Positions 1 to 15,100 of a stretch of 64,000 bases of DNA are shown piece by piece; the first letter of the stretch is position 1, and each line of letters begins with the position of its first letter. Under the pieces are notes generated by a model. That model ran no database searches. It saw only the letters and a program-made list of their open reading frames with translations, and was not told the origin of the DNA. The position numbers and the translations under genes were made by a program. This stretch comes from Phoronis australis (lineage: Eukaryota; Animalia; Phoronida), in contig NMRA01000076.1 in the NCBI GenBank assembly GCA_002633005.1, positions 434,001 through 498,000 on the forward strand, written 5' to 3'.

Positions 1-160
1 CGTTTACTCAGCATACAGTCAACTTTAACCCTGAACAACATTGGTGAGAACGTAAGTCAAATCAGACATGTGCAGTTCAGATTCATGCAGCCATAAGCCC
101 CGCCTCTTATCCAAAAATAACTCAAACTGAGACACCTTTAGGTAACTATTGCCACAATAC

Positions 161-3100
161 CTGTTCTCAGTTTCCAGCTCGTTATTCCTCCGCTGTACAT
201 CTTCCAGCAAGGTCTTTGTTAGCTGCGAGTTCTCGTCCTCATTTCCTTCCTGAGATAACTTCAACATCTTATTTTCGTGTTGTAAACGGATTATTTTTTC
301 TCTGCAAACAACGACCAAATTACAAGCTTACAACCTGTAACAAGTAACACCAAAAGCATGCATGGTTTTGACCTGAGTCCAGATTCACTTTGAAACCTAA
401 TATGTGTCATCACTTTAAGAAAACAAAAAAGCGCCTGCACTCATCAATTCAGCCAAGGTCTTGACTCTTCTCTGAAAAACCCAACAAATAAACAAAGGCA
501 ATGTTTTCAGCACTGTGGCTTGCAAAGTGAGACACTTTTGATGAGCTCATGATTTTTTTAAAAAGCAACAAAGAAGACCATGAATAACTTTGCTTTGTTT
601 GGCCTCGTCATACTGTTAAGTGTTTTATCGTATTCATACAAATACACAATTTAACCATTAGAAGAAAAACAAAATATTTCACCTTTTAAGAAAAGACTTA
701 CCATGAAACTAACATTTAGATGTCATTCCTTACTAAATATGTATTCACTTTAATATGTATCTCACTTAGTTACCTTGTATATTGTAAAATAATTCAAATT
801 AACAAACGCAGAATGGACTTAACCCTAACACTCACTTTATTTCTGGTGGCACAGACATCATCTCTAGAGACCCAGGTGAACTTGACATGGTCCCATCTGG
901 TGGTCCGTCGAGATCTAAAAGCAGGACTCTCTAACTAACATTTGGTCATAAAGAAACAAAGAAGGAACTAGGTAATCACGTGTACGAGTATTGTATCATA
1001 TGGAAGTACCATTCAATCATATGGATGAACCACTGAATCATAGGGATGAACCACTGAATCATAGGGACGAATCACTGAATCGTATGGATGAAACACTGAA
1101 TCATATGGATGAAATACTGAATCTTAGGGATGAATCGCACAGAACCACTGAATCGCATGGATGTACCACTGAATCATATGAATGTATCACTGAATGATAT
1201 GGATGAAGCACTGAATCGTATCAATGAATCACTGAATCATGAATCACTGAATCATAGGGATGAATCACTGAATCAAATAGCTGAAAGACAGAATCACAAG
1301 GATGTACCACTGAATCATATGAATGAACCACTGAATCATTAGATGAACACCTGAAACATATGGATGAAACACTGAATCATTTCTATGTACCCCTGAATTA
1401 TATGGTAAATTTGTGCAAATCTTAAGTTTGCTCATGCACGAAGTTACATTTCACACATAATATTCAGTAGTTCATGCACATGATTCAGTGATGCATGTGA
1501 TTGATACAATGCTCGTGTTTACCATTTTCTAGTACCTTTGTAACAACCACTCAATGATTATTTCACTTAGTTTCTAAATCAATACTGACAGCTATGCTAT
1601 TTTGTAGCAAAACAGCACAGCATATTTCCAGATAGAACTAACTTTTAAACTACCAGAATCCAATAGCATGTCTGCACAATAATCAATCTTGAGAAAGGAA
1701 AAAGATCACAGGGACTAGCACAACCTGTTAAAAAGCAAACTAAAAACAAAACAAAACATAAAATTGTAAACTCAATAAGCAACGTAAGCTTAATTAATCT
1801 ATTAAGCTTGCAAACTTTTCACTAACAAACGGTAAGTAATACACTTTCATGATGGTTTATGGACAACCAACCTGTGAATAAGGCGTTGCCAAGTTCATTG
1901 GCGATCGGGTATGAGACATTGTTATCGTCGAAAGATGAGACACCCAGTCCTGGTAACAGATGTGAAATGAGAGACAGAGAGAGACAGGACCTCCAATACA
2001 GCACTACAAACTACATGCACTTGGGAGACCTTGCTCAGATTGACAGTGAGATGACTGGAAATTAAATTCTTCATTGTTACCATCCACCAGTGGTCGTTTA
2101 TGTCTGTGTTCAGGATGTGTGCAAATTAACAGATTTTTTCAAAGAAGAATTTTTCCTCAAGAGTCTCAACATAAGCAGATGCGGCTAAGCTTCAATTTAA
2201 GAAGTAGGCAGGTGTAACTTGGAATGTGCAAATCTTATACACAATGTAAGTTTTTGGGTGCCTTTTGTCCTTCTAAGTATTTTCAATTGACCAGTTCTCG
2301 AAAATTGATCTAACGTTGGAAACAGGTTAGCATGGATAGCTCAATCTTCACTCGCATACTTTTTTAAAAGATTACACCTTGCTTTTACTCAAGAGCTTTG
2401 TAAACATGTGGAAACTCCCCAATTCAGATTTAGCTGCAGCTTCTCAGACATGCTGAAATGCGCACAATTTTAGCCATAACCTCCACTTTTTGTCAACAGG
2501 AGTCTCCAGCTTTGTCAATCGGAGCATGGCTTTTCAGAAAAGATATGCAGACAAGCCAACACCAAATGCACAAACTCATAACTCAGTCAACATTGCACCA
2601 AACACTATCTCAAATTAATACATCAGTTGAACAACAGCTGTAAAGGTGGACACTCATTACAGTCTAGTGAGATAGTGAAAGTAGCCCGCGAACAGCCAAA
2701 ACAATAAAGATTTCATCTACTTAAACTAAGACACACAATTTTATGATTCAAGTCGACAAACTTAAGACAGCTTCAAAGAAAATAGGCTTAAGTTTTGACC
2801 AGTCTTGGGAGAAGTCAAGCCTAACACTGATATGATTTTAATTCAAGCAAATGTGTGGGCATTCTAAAACGTCGCAATTTCTAGGTTTTACGTTTTTGTG
2901 TAAAAGTGTGTGTCTTAAGTTAGTTATTTATTAAGTAGACCCATCACCAACTAATGGCTACAACCCAAAGTCCACTCAGAGATGTACACGTATGCAAATT
3001 ACCCTGTTGAAACTGTGTCAATCTTAATTCCTCGTTAGTTTCCCGCAGAGAGTCTCTCTCAGCAACAATCCTCTGCAAAAGCAAATTTAAGTACAAATCA

Positions 3101-6100
3101 GAAAAGTAATAAAAATCTTTTAACACAGGCAGTATCTAAAATACTGTTGTGTTGAAATCCGCATACTAGTTTCTTCGAAGTTATGTCGACAGTTTTGAAA
3201 CCAGCAAAAGATACTAATTTGAAGTCAGCTGAAATTTTGCTCTGAAATTCCATCTGATATTCACTGAGAAGGTAGTTGTTAATTTCTTTTAAAATGCAGA
3301 AAACACAGCTGATGTTGAACGCATCTCATTCCTGTGCTCCACAGTATAACACTCCACTTTTTAACCAATAACATTACATCTTTCTCCCTCTGTATAGCCT
3401 GCATCTTCTCCTGCAGTCTCTTGATCTCGAATTCCGACTTGTCCGCCCTCTTGGTCTCCTCTGTCACCTTGCCCTGTAATTCCTGTAACTGTCTCTTGTA
3501 CATCTCTATCTGAGACTTGAGGCTGTTGGCCCGGCGCAGCTCCTGCAATAAGCCATACAATGATACCTCATGAACAAAACAATGAAACGCAAGACAAATG
3601 TCAATGCATAACAGCAACATACGCCTTGTCAATAGATGGCGATAGGGTAGCAAGTGGACCGCATTCTGCATTCTTTTACGGATTTAATGCAGAGGGATAT
3701 TTAGCAGTGCTTTTTACAAATTCTTTGCGACAATTATGCCACTTGCAGGGCTAATTCTTCGTACTATTATTGAATTGTCTTATACTTGTGCTGTGACAAA
3801 AAATGCCATCAAACTGCCAATGCCGTGAGGTAGAACAGTCAATTCACACAGAAATAAACTTTAATTGTCAACTCGGCCTGTTTTGAACACTAGAATCACT
3901 AAGCGGGTCAACCTCAGGACCCTTTGGTGCTCTGACAACACTTAAGAGTTGCATATACAGTAAAAGTCAAAAGTATTTGAACAAAATGACCCGGAATTCC
4001 CCCGTCATGACGACTGGGTGGAAGCCAAATTCATAACCACAGTATTCTCTCATGACTAAATGAGAATGAAGGGGAATTACCAGGAAAGTTACTAAGGTGA
4101 CTAAGCTATTCTGTAATTAGAATTGTGGAACCCTATCAATTACTGTAGGTAATTTTTCCCCTTAACGGAATTAGCCGTTACTACAAGAAAACGATACTTT
4201 GTCCGATTACTTTTGTCTTGTATTGTAGAATGTTCCTTATTCACAAGCTGAGCTCCCAACTGTTTGCTGCAATGCATGTGTTGTTCTGGCACTATTTACA
4301 GTTAAATCTGAGTACCTCACCAACTCAACCCTTATCCTGCTGAGCCTTTATTTAAGATGGATTCTCCTGTGTGTGCTGAATCAAGTAGGTCACCACTACA
4401 GCTGTACACTGGGGGTGTTGTGAATGTCACTCAGTTTAATGACCTAACATTGTTCAATTGGAAATCTGAATCGTGGTAAATGCTCATTTCATGTAAATGC
4501 GGTTAGCGCGAAAGCGGTTCAGTATTTAAGGGAGATTCTAACTATATGTATAACTTCCTCATAACCATAATATAAACAAACCTGTGAAGTTTTTTAAATG
4601 TGGCAACACTTAGTTTTCAGTTTTGAGACACTCAAAATATCATAATATGAAATCTCTAAAGGTAATTCATGACACTCGTATTTTGATAATTTTAATTATA
4701 TTACAAGATCAATAGGGAAATATGTAAAATATTTAGAAACAATAATTAAACCAAGCCATTTTACTCAATATGCCGGCAACTTAAGTCCTTACGCTAATAG
4801 TCTACGTCACAGTTGATTCTAAATTATCATTAGTCATGGTCATGAACACTTTGTGAGTGAAAAAGTCACAAAAAATATCCAGTTCTGATGCATTTTCACA
4901 GTGTTTGAGACACCCAATATTGTGCATGAAGTGTGTGAACCACGCACCATCATATACACCAACAAATGCAGTGTGAGCGCCTGGCAGCTCATCCAAAACA
5001 GCACTGGGAGGTGTGGCTATGGCATATGTTTTGTAAGTAGACAGAGGGAAATCTTTTCGTTATAGTAGCCAGGGTCGGATCCAGGATTTTTAGTTAGGGG
5101 GGGGGGGCAGGGCAAAGTATTAACCACGATTTTGCCCGTCAGACATTCGCACACCCGAACTCGCAAATGGAATCCGGGAGAATTTTAGGGGGAGGGGGCC
5201 ATGGCCCCCTTGGTCCCCCTCTAAATCTGCCACTGGTAGCATCAAAACTAATGCTTTAACCAATTTCAAACTCTATGGAAAAGCTACCATCAGACACTGC
5301 TCGCAAAGACTGCTGTCATTCACATGTCAGAAGACCTTGAAAAACAAAAAAGAGCAATTTAAGCAACTATATTTGTCCGATATAAAAGACATTTTACCGT
5401 ACTTGTTAATGGTAAGAATGATCTGCTTGTTGATGGATAACCTTTTCTATAGCTATATGAAAAGTTTTGAGACATTTGTTCTGTGGTTGAGTCATGTGGT
5501 TTGTAATTTGCATTTTAGGCAATACATGTCAGTAAGACGGATAAGTCCCTTTAAGTACATTAAACTTCAAGCAGGCGAGAATGCCCAATCAAACACAAAA
5601 TACATCCACCTCAAATATAACCATCCCTTATCTCTTCTAGTTCGACGGCTACTGATAAGTCCCTTTAAGTACATTAAACTTCAAGCAGGCGAGAATGCCC
5701 AATCAAACACAAAATACATCCACCTCAAATATAACCATCCCTTACCTCTTCTAGTTCGACGGATGCCTGCATGTAGTTTGTATTTTTGTCTTCAAGTAGT
5801 TTCACCTGCCGCCTCAAGTCACTCAACTCATCTGTAAGTAAAGTGTGCAAATTACAATGTGCAAATACACCAAAGTGTAAATATTTGTCAATCAACTCCA
5901 GCACGCATGGTTTCCCCCTCACAAACCACATGTTTGTTCTCACATGGATAGATCTATTCTCGTGTAGAATTACTTGTGAGAAATAAGTGTTCATAAAGAG
6001 ATTAGTGGTACGGGACGAAAGAAAACACAGATTGCGAGAAAACAATCATGCAAAACAGTGTTAGCTAGAACACCCACGTAATTCAAATGGGACAGGCTAA

Positions 6101-9100
6101 TTGAACTCTACACTTCTAGAAGTGAATTATGATCTTTCTGCAATACATTGCGTACAGAACCATGAAAAAAGTCAGGTATGGGTTCAAAATTCACAGGTGA
6201 ATAACTACGTGATATACATTACTTGGAAGGAACAGACAAAAGTCAAAATTGTCACTTTGTAAAGATTTCGCTATTTAGTTTTATTACATGTATTCATTCA
6301 ACAATTAACAGAGAATAAGTATAGGGGCTGTTCCAGCAAAATCTGTGAGGGGAGGGGGGAAGGCAACTGAAATAAAAATTTATGGGTGGTTGCGTCCGAT
6401 TTAAATTGAAAATGGCTGGTGGTCGTACTTCAAAAAAATAAAAATTTACAGGTCGTTGTTGTTTCATTGGGCCATAACTGTTTGATGGTGGGTAATTTTA
6501 GTAAATTTTATAAACAATCCGCACAGAATGAAAAACTGAAACAAAAATGCAACTTGCAAAAAGCTCCGACTTTTTCACTCCCTCCGATCTCCTCATCCGC
6601 ATGCCCATAACACCATTTAACCACAGGTGCTCGAATTTCTCGATGGCTAATAACCATATATAAGAAACATATGTTTTCTTAGTAATGAATGACGTTAGTG
6701 GTGCTGGAGGAACAGGTAAACTCAAGCGCCTGTGCAATCAACCACAAGAACAAAAAAATTACGGGTGGTTGCATTTCAAACCTATAAAAAATTACAAGTG
6801 GTAGGCTGAAGAAATAAATGAAAAATATGGGTGGTGGGTGCGAAAAAAGGTGCCTTCCCCCCTCCCATACAGATTTTACTGGAACAGCCCTAACAGCTTT
6901 CTATTCAATCCCATTGAAATTGAAAATTTTGCAACAATCAGACAACCTCTCAAATAACGACAAACCCCACCTACTTACCTAACTTTTTCTTGTATGCCTC
7001 TATTGTCGCCTCATACTTGGCCACCTTGTCAGATGAGTCGCGCAGGACATCTACCTCATCCTTTAGTTGCCTGGCTTCCTGAGCTAGACTGGTCAACTCA
7101 TCATTCTGAAATCAGACGCCAAACAGTCTGGATATTTATCCGTGTCTAAAGCTACTGATAACCTGGTGCCCCTTATGAACGATTACTTATGCCACCCTCC
7201 ACTACAAAACTGGTCTCAACTTATCCGTTACTAAGATGAGAAGTAGTTTTGGGGCTCGCAGAGAACTATTACTATTCAAGACCACGCTCAGCTCATCAAA
7301 TGGCCCGTAATAACAAGGCAACTACAGGAACCTATTCTCAAGCAATAACAAACATCCAATTCTCCTCAAACACAAAAACTTCTCATCTGAGTAAGGAACA
7401 CATTGATACCAATTCCACAACAGAAAGACATAAAGCTATCCAATACATTTCACCTATATTCACCTATGTCTTGACCTATATTCGACTCTACTTCAAAGTC
7501 CGCCTCTTTATACCACATTATACTTTTCACAACAAATCAATCAGAAGTTATAGAGTAGTGCAAGGAACAGACAATCACACACACAGCACCTTAGACCAAA
7601 ATGTTGGCCAAAACTTAAGGACATAACCTACTTTGGTTTGTAGGTCGAGAGCCTCTCTCTCGTGTTGCTCCGCCTTCATGCGGTAGTCGTCCCTCGCTGC
7701 CTCCAAGCGGAAAATCTCGTCTTTGAGTTTGTCGACCTGCTGCTGGGCTTGGTGGAGCCTCCGGCCGGCTGGTGTCCTGGGACAAGATAGCCAATACATC
7801 AATGAAAGAGAACAAAAAGGTTTCCCCTTTCTATCAGAGGTCACTCAGAGGCATTGACACAAGCTAACACAGGGAAGATCTCATTAGATAATACCAAAAG
7901 ATTTACACAAAAATGCTAACAAAAGGAGTGTAATCATACCGGTACAACGTATAGGCCACTGGGTCTTATCTATGAGCTAGATTCTAAAAATCAACCAATT
8001 CCATGGAACGCTTTGAGTGAACTTACAAATTTGCACTTCAATCTTGACACATGATTGGCTGAGCTTCGAGTCTGAGTAAGAGTCAAGTCTGGCTCAAAGC
8101 AAAGCTTGAATTGACATGACTAGCAAATACTAACATTTAACAGCCACTGTTTTTTTTCTTGAAAACATATGAGAATATCTGACTCCAATAAAACTACACT
8201 TGCAGCAAGGACGGTTACTCAACAAGCAGCAAAACTGACAGTTGACTTACTCAGGGTCATCGAACCCGTCTGCCTGGTGTAGCCTCTCCGACATTCTCTC
8301 GTTCTCACTGACAAGGGCAGATTTTTCATCTATTAATTGAGCAACCTGCAACGCGACAAACACTGGCATTAGTAACCAGCTCAAACAGCACATCTGTTAA
8401 TCACCTCACAATGGGCACACCTAAATAGATAAATCCAGAATAAGAGTCGGAGTTTTTTGTCGTTAATTGCCACGTTCAAGATATTATTTAAGAACTTTCC
8501 AGAACAACAGAATGAGCAGAACTATAATCTCATAAATAAAAAGCGGATTTTTGAGAGAAGGCGCGGGTTTATTATTGTCCACTGATGACACCACCTGGAA
8601 TTCAACTCACCTGGAGATCCAGTTCATGACACCTCTGTGAGAACACTTCTTTTTCCTCCATCACACTATTCAACTCATCCATGGCTCGTTTTAGCTACAA
8701 CAAAACAGACGCAACTTCTAACTGACACGTTATAGAAAATGTGTAACAGTCACAAGAGGAATGGTAATTCTTATGTTACTCTGCATAGAAATAATTGTGA
8801 AAAACGTTACTTTTCTATTTCTCTAACGCTCTTGACAATGTCATAAGTAAGTTTTTGCTATACCTAGTTTACATCATTTTACACAGTTCAAACCATGTTG
8901 TGATTGAAGTAGAATTCTTTCCTATTTATCTTTTTAGACGCAAGCAAAAATAAAACTTAACAAGTCATACATAGGTTGTGCTTAGAAAGTCGCAAATTAC
9001 AATAAACAATGAAGGGTTGGATATGTACCATACATTGGCTGGAGCAAAAAAATTGTCAACTTGCATTTTTGTCGCCAGTTGCGTTATGACATATCGAGGT

Positions 9101-12100
9101 TGAATTTAGCACAAAAGGGAAAACTTTCCTCGATTTTTTCAGTTTTGACCGTAAAAATTGACACAAGAAGCACAAATGCTTGAACTGCTTCTTTTAACCC
9201 TGTAAACAGTCTTCAACATCATTGTTTTGATTCAAGTTTCAAAAGTTAGAGGCAAAAATAAGCTTGTGAGATCAAAACTTACTTCTCACCCAGCATATGT
9301 GTTTAGCTCTCATGAACCTACCTGAAATTAGGTGTATCAATACTTTTATTCACTGTCAGTAATCAATACTGTGTTTACCTGTTCCGATAATTCTGATAAA
9401 CCTTCGCTGTTGTTCAAGGTAGGAGCTTCTTTAGTCATCAGCTGCAAAATATAAAACAAGTATACAGTGACAAGAGGGAAAGATTTTTATCAGTTTGAGG
9501 GCAACCAAGAAAATGTCGAAGATAGGGGAATTTTTGGCAAAAAGTGTGAGTGTAAGGAAAGAAACGCAAAGCACAGTTCGCAAGAAAGAATCAAGGTCCT
9601 CTGGTGGCATCCTCTGGTGGTAACAATCTAAAGCAGCGCTATCCGCGGGAAAAGTGTTTTTCTGAGATCAGGCTCAACGTGGAATTAAACTCACAACTCC
9701 AGCAGTTGTAGTCCAATGCTTTGCTGGCCTTGCTAAACCCTAATCAACGATCACAGAGCACTTTAAGCGTATTTCACAGGTAGTCACAAGCTTTGATTTT
9801 AGCGAATGACTGGCACAACAGCAAAAACTGGAGATTTGTAATAAACCACAAAAATGCAGCAATTTTGTTGTTTTATAGCTCTGGTCAAAACTAATAACTT
9901 CAAGAAGTCTATCCCATCCAACAATAATCCAAAATTGACTTTTGCGACCAAAAAGCAATTATGTCCCTTTAACGTAAAGTCATAAATTGCCTTTGCCTTT
10001 GCAACAAAAATTGATAACACGCACATGTAATTTTGTGAAACGTCTTACTGACCAATGAATCATGAGTTATCTAAAATTAGTGTTTTAATTACAGACTTTT
10101 TGTAAAAGACGAAATAAGGTATATTTTGTCCCACTTCTGTTGACACCAAGGCGCAAACCAGTTACGACAAAGCAGGAGATAAAAGACATCCCACAATTCC
10201 ATGTTTTTCCCTACCTCCTGTATGGCTGCCATGACAGAGTGCTGCACCGACTCTTCCAGTGCCATGATTCGCTGGATATACTCCTGCTTGTCCTCACAGT
10301 TGACTGCACAGCCCAGGATCAGCTGCAACAGACGACCCAACTCCGCTGTATCCACCACCTCTCCAATGGCCGCCACGTTGGGCATCTGGAAATCCAGGAT
10401 CTGTTGACCAAGCTCCTACAACAAAACCCAGATATTGCTACTCTGACATATCCTAGCGACAGAATCACCACAATTCTTAAGTACAGTAGTTTTGAAAAAA
10501 TTTGACAGACTTTTAGAACTGTCTAGCTCCATCAAGTTATGGCACGAAAAGAAAGAAATCATGAAAAAATTAACTATCAGTTGAATATCATTCACCAATA
10601 TTTTGTCAACTTTTGACTAGCAGTAGCGAGGACAACATACGTCACCAAATCGCTTCGCGTATCTGTCACCGTGTAAAATTTGCACATTACAATCGGCAAA
10701 AAATCACTCAAAAATGCAATAAATGTGAATAAAAATTAATTCAAAGTATGAAATAATACGTTATTTTACTTAAATGTTAGTCTTTTTTCGTCGCAAAATC
10801 CGTTTAATATTACTTTGCACGAGTTTTTTGCAGCAACGTGACCGACATTTCAAAGCAAAATGGTCGCCGGTAAAAACAACTGGTATTTGATTATCAACTC
10901 AGGAGAAGACTAAACTCTCAAATTTTGGTGTGAAACTTCGTGAACTTGTAGAGGAAACCCTTGCGCACGTTATTACGTAAGTATTTTTCACTTTCGTCGT
11001 CTTAAAAGTTGAAAAAGTTGCCAGTTCCCGCGACCTTCAACTTTGACCTGAATTAATTGGTACATTTCCTAATTTGCGCACATAATGAATCGTATTGCGC
11101 ACTAAAGGGTTCATCAATGAACTATTTCAAACACTTGTTGCAAACGGGNCATGGATAGCTCAATCTTCACTCGCATACTTTTTTAAAAGATTACAACTTG
11201 CTTTTACTCAAGAGCTTTGTAAACATGTGTAAACTCCCCAATTCAGATTTAGCCACAGCTTCTCAGACATGCTGAAATGCGCACAATTTTAGCCATAACC
11301 TCCACTTTTTGTCAACAGGTGTCTCCAGCTTTGTCAATCGGAGCATGGCTTTTCAGAAAAGATATGCAGACAAGCCAACACCAAATGCACAAACTCATAA
11401 CTCAGTCAACATTGCACCAAACACTATCTCAAATTAATACATCAGTTGAACAACAGCTGTAAAGGTGGACGCTCATTACAGTCTAGTGAGATAGTGAAAG
11501 TAGCTCGCGAACAGCCAAAACAATAAAGATTTCATCTACTCGAACTAAGACACACAATTTTATGATTCAAGTCGACAAATTTAAGACAGCTTCAAAGAAA
11601 ATAGGCTTAAGTTTTGACCAGTCTTGGGAGAAGTCAAGCCTAACACTGATATGATTTTAATTCAAGCAAATGTGTAGGTGTTCTAAAACATCGCAATTTC
11701 TAGGTTTTACGTTTTTGTGTAAAAGTGTGTGTCTTAAGTTAGTTACTTATTAAGTAGACCCATCACCAACTAATGGCTACAACCCAAAATCCACTCAGAG
11801 ATGTACACGTATGCAAATTACCCTGTTGAAACTGTGTCAATCTTAATTCCTCGTTAGTTTCCCGCAGAGAGTCTCTCTCGGCAACAATCCTCTGCAAAAG
11901 CAAATTTAAGTACAAATCAGAAAAGTAAGAAAAAACTTTTAACACAGGCAGTATCCAAAAAACTGTTGAGTCGAAATCCGCCTACTAGTTTCTTCGAAGT
12001 TATGTCAACAGTTGTGAAACAAGCAAAAGATACTAATTTGAAGTCAGCTGAAATTTTGCTCTGAAATTCCATGATATTCACTGAGAAGGTAGCTGTTAAT

Positions 12101-15100
12101 TTCTTTTAAAATACAGAAAACACAGGTGATGTTGAATGCATCTCATTCCTGTGTTCCACAGTATAACACTCCACTTTTTAACCAATAACATTACATCTTT
12201 CTCCCTCTGTATAGCCTGCATCTTCTCCTGCAGTCTCTTGATCTCGAACTCCGACTTGTCCGCCCTCTTGGTCTCCTCTGTCACCTTGCCCTGTAATTCC
12301 TGTAACTGTCTCTTGTACATCTCTATCTGAGACTTGAGGCTGTTGGCCCGGCGCAGCTCCTGCAATAGGCCAGACAATGATACCTCATGAACAAAACGAT
12401 GAAACGCAAGACAAATGTCAATGCATAACAGCAACATACGCCTTGTCAATAGATGGCGATAGGGTACCAAGTGGACAGCATTCTGCATTCTTGTATGGAT
12501 TTAATGCAGAGGGATATTTTGCAGTGCTTTTTACAAATTCTTTGCGACAATTATGCCACTTGCAAGGCTAATTCTTCGTACTATTATTGAATTGTTTTAT
12601 ACTTGTGCTGTGACAAAAAAATGCCATCAAACTGCCAATGCCATGAGGTAGAACAGTCAATTCACACAGAAATAAACTTTAATTGTCAACCCGGCCTGTT
12701 TCGAACACCAGAATCACTAAGCGGATCAACCTCAGGACCCTTTGGTGCTCTGACAACATTGCATATACAGTAAAAGTCATAAGTATTTGAACAAAATGAT
12801 CCGGAATTCCCCCGTCATGACGACTGGGTGGAAGCCAAATTCATAACCACAGTCTTCTCTCATGACTCAATGAGAATGAAGGGGAATTACCTGGAAAGTT
12901 ACTAAGGTGACTAAGCCATTCTGTAATTAGAATTGTGGAACCCTATCAAATATTGTAGGTAATTTTTCCCCTTAACGGAATTAGCCGTTACTACAAGAAA
13001 ACGATACTTTGTCCGATTACTTTTGTCTTGTACTGTAGAATGTTCATTATTCACAAGCTGAGCTCCCAACTGTTTGCCCCAATACAGGTGTTCGTAATAG
13101 TAGCCAGGGGCGGATCCAGGATTTTTAGTTACGGGGTGCCAGGGCAGAGTATTAGCCAGGAATTTGCCCGTCAGATATTCGCACCCCCGAACTCCCAAAT
13201 GGAATGTGGGAGAATTTAAGGGAAGGGGGGTATGGCCTCCTTGGCCTCCCTCTAAATCTGCCACTGGTAGCATAAAAACTAATGCTTTAACTAATTTCAA
13301 ACTCTATAGAAAATCTACCATCAGACACTACTCCCAAAGACTTCTGTCATTCAAAACATGTCAGAAGACCTTGAAAAACAAAAAAGAGCAATTTCAGCAA
13401 CTATATTTGTCTGATATAGAGACATTTTACCATACTTGCTAATGGTTAGAACGATCTGCGTGTTGATGGATAACCTTTCCTATAACTATATGAAAAGTTT
13501 TGAGACGTGTGTTCTGTGGATGAGTCACGAGGTTTGTAATTTGCGTTTTAGGCAATACATGTCAGTAAGACAGATAAGTCCCTTAAAGTACATTCAACTT
13601 CAATGCCCAGTCGAACACAAAGTACATCCACCTCATATATAACCATCCTTTACCTCTTCCAGTTCGACGGATGCCTGCATGTAGTTTGTATTTTTGTCTT
13701 CAAGTAGTTTCACCTGCCGCCTCAAGTCACTCAACTCATCTGTAAGTAAAGTGTGCAAATTATAATGTGCAAATACACCAAAGTGTAAATATTTGTCAAT
13801 CAACTCCAGCACACATGTTTCCCCCCTCACAAACCACATGCTTGTTCTCACATGGATAGATCTATTCTCGTGTAGAATTACTTGTGGGAAATAAGTGTTC
13901 ATAAAGAGATTAGTGGTACGGGACGAAAGAAAACGCAGATTACTAGAAAACAATTATGCAAAACAGTGTTAGCTAGAACACCCACGTAATTCAAATGGGA
14001 CAGGCTAATTGAACTCTACTTCAAGAAGTGCATTGTGATCTTTCTGCAATACATTGCGTACAGAACCATGAAAAAAGTCAGGTATAGGTTCAAAATTCAC
14101 AGGTGAATAACTACGTGATATACATTACTTGGAAGGAACACACATATTAAGTCAAAATTGTCACTTTATAAAGATTTCGCTATTCAGTTTTATTACATGT
14201 ATTCATCCCACAATTAACAGAGAATAAGAATAACAGCTTTCTATAACCCGTGTGTAATGATTAGATTTCCAGATAAACTGGTGCAATTTTATTCAATCCC
14301 ATTGAAATTAGCAATTTTGCAACAATCAGACAACCTCTCAAATAATGACAAACCCCACCTACTTACCTAACTTTTTCTTGTATGCCTCTATTGTCGCCTC
14401 ATACTTGGCCACCTTGTCAGATGAGTCACGCAGGACATCTACCTCATCCTTTAGTTGCCTGGCTTCCTGAGCTAGGCTGGTCAACTCATCGTTCTGAAAT
14501 CAGACGCCAAACAGTCTGGATATTTATCTGAGTCTAAAGCTACTGATAACCTGGCGCCCCTTATGAACGATTACTTACAACACCCTCCACTACAAAACTG
14601 GTCTCAACTTGTTCGTTACTGAGATGAGAAGTGGTTTTGGGGCTCGCAGAGAACTGGTAGTTTATTACTATTCAAGACCACGCTCAGCTCATCAACTGGC
14701 CCGGAATAACAAGGCAACTACTAGAACCCATTCTCAAGCAATAACAAACATCCAATTCTCCTCAAACACAAAAACTTCTCATCTGAGTAAGGAACACATT
14801 GATACCAATTCCACAACAGAAAGACATAAAGCTATCCAATACATATCACCAAGTCATGACCTATATTCGACTCTACTTCAAAGTCCGCCTCTTTATACCA
14901 CATTATACTTTTCACAACAAATCAATCAGAAGTTATAGAGTAGTGCAAGGAACAGACAACCACACACACAGCACCTTAGACCAAAATGTCGGCCAAAATA
15001 TAAGGACATGACCTACTTTGGTTTGTAGGTCGAGAGCCTCTCTCTCGTGTTGCTCCGCCTTCATGCGGTAGTCGTCCCTCGCTGCCTCCAAGCGGAAAAT

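Noticed and set aside
991-1405. Repeat-protein ORFs / CRISPR-like periodicity
   Set aside because: Contiguous 21-bp minisatellite with no unique spacers, frame shifts between units, intronic, no cas genes.
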